Shown here: positions 60,958-64,000 of the stretch, in pieces
Layout: each line of letters begins with the position of its first letter
How positions within the stretch are numbered: the stretch's first letter is position 1
NCBI GenBank assembly: GCA_963708505.1
Contig: CAVPST010000002.1
Coordinates: 149,287-213,286 of the forward strand
Length of the DNA: 64,000 nucleotides
Direction: 5' to 3'
From: an uncultured Thermoleophilia bacterium
Lineage (GTDB): Bacteria > Actinomycetota > Thermoleophilia > Gaiellales > Gaiellaceae
Notes under the pieces: model-generated
The model's database searches: none
What the model saw: the letters and a program-made list of their open reading frames with translations, nothing else
Told to the model about the DNA's origin: nothing
Translations under genes and position numbers: made by a program

Positions 60958-61976
60958 CACAGCCCCACGTCTTCGAGGACGGGGTCGAGTTCGCGCTGCC
61001 CGATCCGGCACGGCGCTTCCGGTCGGTCACGCTCGGTCAGGAGGTCTCACGTCCGCGAAACGGACCGCTCTTCGACTGGGTCGAGGGCGCCTGGCGGCTC
61101 CGCTTCGCGCGGCCGGAGGTCGACCGGCTCGAGTATCTGCTCGGGATCGACGGCGCTTATGCGCCCGACCCGCAGAACCCGCGCCGCGCGGCCGGCCCGT
61201 TCGGCGACAAGTCCGTCGTCGAGTGGCCCGAATACGACGCTCCGGCCTGGCTCGAGTCCGTCGCGGACACGGGCCATGTCGAACCGGTCGAAGTGCGGTG
61301 CAGGCGTCTGGTCGCTCGCGTCCAGGTGCTGCTGTACTCGACGCCGGAACCGCCCGGCGACGACGCGCCGCTGATCGTCGTCCACGACGGTCCCGAGTAC
61401 GCCGAGTACGCCGGCCTGACGCGCTTTCTCGACGCGATGAGCTGGGAGGAGCGAATCCCGCCGCTCCGTGCGGCGCTGATCCAGCCTGTCGATCGCAACG
61501 AGACCTACTCTGCCTCGGCGCTGTACGCGGCGGCGCTCACCCGAGAGCTGTTGCCGGAAATCACGCGCCGTGTGCCGCACGGCAAGCGCATCGGACTGGG
61601 GGCGAGTCTCGGCGCGCTCGCGATGCTGCACGCACACGTTCGTCACCCACGCAGCTTCGACGCCCTTCTGCTCCAGTCGGGCAGCTTCTTCCGCCAGCGC
61701 TCCGACAAGCAGGAGTCGAGCTTCCCCCGCTGGCAGCGCATCACGCGCTTCGTCGGTTCGGTCCTCAGAGGCGCGGCGGCCGACGTTCCGATTCCGATTG
61801 CCTTCACCTGCGGCACCGCGGAGGAGAACCGCGCCAACAACCACACCATCGCCACGGCGCTCGTCGCGCAGGGCTACCCCGCATGGCTCGCCGAGATTCG
61901 CGACGCGCACACCTGGACCTGCTGGCGTGACGGCCTCGACCCTCATCTTCCGGCTCTGATCGAAGCGGCCGCCTGA
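60954..61976 (+). CDS. Esterase-family alpha/beta hydrolase (enterochelin-esterase/esterase-D-like) with an N-terminal beta-sandwich-like domain
   Basis: This is the 3-prime part of ORF 60309-61976. It has PLIVVHDGPEY and the nucleophile context GLGASLGALAML. No ATG, GTG or TTG start lies near the 5-prime end; the only candidate is CTG 60954, which overlaps the rsgA stop. The start is therefore uncertain. Confidence 0.68.
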   Translation: MTQPHVFEDGVEFALPDPARRFRSVTLGQEVSRPRNGPLFDWVEGAWRLRFARPEVDRLEYLLGIDGAYAPDPQNPRRAAGPFGDKSVVEWPEYDAPAWLESVADTGHVEPVEVRCRRLVARVQVLLYSTPEPPGDDAPLIVVHDGPEYAEYAGLTRFLDAMSWEERIPPLRAALIQPVDRNETYSASALYAAALTRELLPEITRRVPHGKRIGLGASLGALAMLHAHVRHPRSFDALLLQSGSFFRQRSDKQESSFPRWQRITRFVGSVLRGAAADVPIPIAFTCGTAEENRANNHTIATALVAQGYPAWLAEIRDAHTWTCWRDGLDPHLPALIEAAA

Positions 61977-62695
61977 TGCAGCGCCGCGCGATCGAGATCG
62001 CGGGCGGCGAGACCCTCGCATACGGTCACTACGGCCGGCCCGTGATCGCCTTCCCATCGGAGAACGGGCAGGTCAACGACTGGGAGGACCGCGGGATGGT
62101 CGACGCGCTCGGCGACCTGCTCGAGGCCGGCCGGATGAAGCTCTACTGCGTTCCCTCCTACGACAGCGAGAGCTGGACGCGGCGGGACCTTTCGCTCGAA
62201 GAGCGCGCACGGCGCCACGGACACTACGAGTGGTGGGTGCTTTCGCGGTTCGTCCCGTTCGTGCAGGCCGACTGTCATACGCATGAGGTGATCGCGACCG
62301 GGTGCTCGTTCGGGGCCTACCACGCCGCGAACTTCGGGCTCAAGCGCGCCGACCTGTTCCCCGTCGCAATCGGCATGTCCGGCGTCTACGACGTCGCCGT
62401 GCAGGGCGCGGGCGAGCGCGGCGACGCCGTCTACTTCAACAACCCGATGGACTACGTCTCGCATCTGCACGGTGACCATCTGAGCTGGCTTCGCTCGCGG
62501 GTCTCGCTGCTCCTGATCTGCGGCCAGGGCCAGTGGGAGGACACGACCGGCGCCCTCGATTCGACCAGGCGCTTCGCCTCGCTGCTCGGCGAGAAGGAGA
62601 TTCCGGTGGAGCTCGACCTCTGGGGCCACGACGTCCCGCACGACTGGCCGTCGTGGCGCCGCCAGATCGCGCATCATCTACCTCGCTTTGTCTGA
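61976..62695 (+). CDS. Esterase-family alpha/beta hydrolase (second copy, no N-terminal domain)
   Basis: 239-aa ORF with RPVIAFPSENG and the nucleophile context ATGCSFGAYHAANF. The ATG shares one base with the upstream TGA. Confidence 0.68.
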   Translation: MQRRAIEIAGGETLAYGHYGRPVIAFPSENGQVNDWEDRGMVDALGDLLEAGRMKLYCVPSYDSESWTRRDLSLEERARRHGHYEWWVLSRFVPFVQADCHTHEVIATGCSFGAYHAANFGLKRADLFPVAIGMSGVYDVAVQGAGERGDAVYFNNPMDYVSHLHGDHLSWLRSRVSLLLICGQGQWEDTTGALDSTRRFASLLGEKEIPVELDLWGHDVPHDWPSWRRQIAHHLPRFV

Positions 62696-63902
62696 CCTGA
62701 CGATCGGCTTGCTCCTCGGCACCGAGGAGGATTGGCCGGCCGCATTCGAGGCGCTCGTCTCGCGTCTCGGTCCGGTCGACGGCGTCGAGCTGAAGACCGA
62801 GCGCATCGTCAACGAGCCATTCGACCTGCGATCGAAGCCGCGCTACTCGCTGGTCATCGATCGCCTCGCGTGGTGGTACGACCTGCCGCGCGCCTGGCTG
62901 AAGAAGATCGCGCTGATGGACGACGTGTACCTGCTCAACAACCCGTTCACCTTCCAGGCGATGGAGAAGCATTCCGCGTACTGCGCACTGATGCGGCTCG
63001 GGATCCGCGTGCCGGAGACGTGGCTGATCCCACACAAGGTGCCGCCCGACAACCCACGTTTCCAGCCGACCGCCGAGCGCTACAACGCGCCGTTCGATCT
63101 CGACGCGATCGGCGAGCACATCGGCTACCCGCTCTTCATGAAACCCTTCGACGGCGGCCAGTGGATCGGCGTCTCGCGCGTCGGGTCGGCGGACGAGTTG
63201 CGCACCCACTACGACGAGTCGGGCGAGCGGATGATGCATCTGCAGACGGCGCTCGAAGGCTTCGACGTGTTCGTCCGATCACTGTCGATCGGCGCCGAGA
63301 CGATGTCGATGTGGTTCGACCCCGGCAAGCCGATGTACGACCGCTATCAGGTCCGGCACGACTTCCTGTCTTCGGAGCTCGGCGACGAGATCGTCAGCAT
63401 CTCGAGACTCGTGAACGCGTTCTTCCGCTGGGAGTTCAACTCGTGCGAGACGATCGTGAAGGACGGCGTTGCCTACCCCATCGACTACGCGAACGCCTCG
63501 CCCGACGTCGCGCTCACCTCGCTGCACTACTACTTCCCGTGGGCGATCAAGGCGCTCGTTCGCTGGTCGGCGTTCTGTGCCGTCACGAAGAGGCCGATGC
63601 ACGTCAACCAGAACTCGCGCGACTATTTCCAGCACGGCGATCGCGACGACCTGACATACGACCAGAAACTTGCGAAGTACCGCGAGCTCGCCGACGAGTA
63701 TTTCCAGATCGACGCCTACGACGAGTTCTGCGCGCGGCACCTCCCGCATCTGGACGAGCTCGCGCACGCCTGGTTCACGTCGGCCGAGTTCGACGACGTC
63801 CTGGTGCACACGGTGATGACGACCTTCCCGGCGCATGAGCACGAGCAATTCGTCGCGCACTACCGAGGGCTGCTCGCCTCGTGGGCTGCGGACGACGCTT
63901 GA
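62688..63902 (+). CDS. ATP-grasp fold protein of unknown specificity
   Basis: 404-aa ORF. IGYPLFMKPFDGGQWIGVSRVGSADEL and FNSCETIVKDGVAYPIDYANASPD resemble ATP-grasp nucleotide- and Mg-binding segments. A TTG start overlaps the previous gene by 8 nt. Confidence 0.65.
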   Translation: MSDLTIGLLLGTEEDWPAAFEALVSRLGPVDGVELKTERIVNEPFDLRSKPRYSLVIDRLAWWYDLPRAWLKKIALMDDVYLLNNPFTFQAMEKHSAYCALMRLGIRVPETWLIPHKVPPDNPRFQPTAERYNAPFDLDAIGEHIGYPLFMKPFDGGQWIGVSRVGSADELRTHYDESGERMMHLQTALEGFDVFVRSLSIGAETMSMWFDPGKPMYDRYQVRHDFLSSELGDEIVSISRLVNAFFRWEFNSCETIVKDGVAYPIDYANASPDVALTSLHYYFPWAIKALVRWSAFCAVTKRPMHVNQNSRDYFQHGDRDDLTYDQKLAKYRELADEYFQIDAYDEFCARHLPHLDELAHAWFTSAEFDDVLVHTVMTTFPAHEHEQFVAHYRGLLASWAADDA

Positions 63903-63907
63903 CCGGA

Positions 63908-63937
63908 ACGTCCCGCACGTTGTAGAAACGTCCCGCG
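63908..63937 (+). promoter_or_regulatory. 10-bp perfect direct repeat in the last intergenic gap; a candidate operator
   Basis: AACGTCCCGC occurs at 63908-63917 and again at 63928-63937, 20 bp start to start. The first copy also forms the short palindrome AACGT-CCCGC-ACGTT. Confidence 0.35.
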
Positions 63938-63988
63938 GCACCTGCGGTCTCTGCGGAGGACCTGTCCGGAGACCAAGGAGGGCTGTCG

Positions 63989-64000
63989 ATGACCACCACC
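63989..64000 (+). CDS. Possible start of the next gene, which runs off the right edge
   Basis: AAGGAGGG (63976-63983) lies 5 nt before ATG 63989. Only four codons are visible, so no product call is possible. Confidence 0.3.

Overview
This is a 64-kb, gene-dense segment with very high G+C, of the kind seen in actinobacterial chromosomes; the taxon cannot be fixed from sequence alone. I can support about 55 protein genes, mostly housekeeping or metabolic. From left to right they are:
- dnaX at the left edge
- a small sugar-modification/glycolipid locus (GAP-family membrane protein, MGDG-synthase-like glycosyltransferase, NodB deacetylase, SDR epimerase, DegT aminotransferase)
- secreted hydrolases
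- a MerR regulator with a divergent small gene
- a MalT/LuxR-type regulator
- a long co-directional ndh-zwf-GH15-GMC-mutarotase-cydABDC block
- an FAD-oxidoreductase/TIGR04076/LLM trio
- fabF
- several small membrane proteins
- a secreted beta-propeller protein and an S8 protease
- two tandem SARP (BTAD-NB-ARC-TPR) regulators
- a sugar ABC importer
- BNR and PQQ-dehydrogenase-like propeller proteins
- two MFS transporters
- a lipoprotein
- rsgA followed by esterase-esterase-ATP-grasp

Two RNA genes are invisible to the ORF track. One is tRNA-Val(CAC) at 56001-56072. The other is a small SRP RNA at about 59036-59120. I saw no CRISPR array, transposase, integrase, phage gene or recognisable defence system.

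The most striking sequence-level signal is about 30 reading-frame breaks that are strongly clustered in a few genes, while stretches of 10-23 kb of coding sequence have none. These include a cydA-cydB read-through and a broken dnaX.

The most interesting organisational signal is the nine-gene, start/stop-overlapping array that joins NDH-2, G6PDH and sugar-processing enzymes to cytochrome bd. I found no clear-cut novel system. The candidates below are hypotheses built from gene context. All family assignments come from motif recognition by eye, not from database searches.
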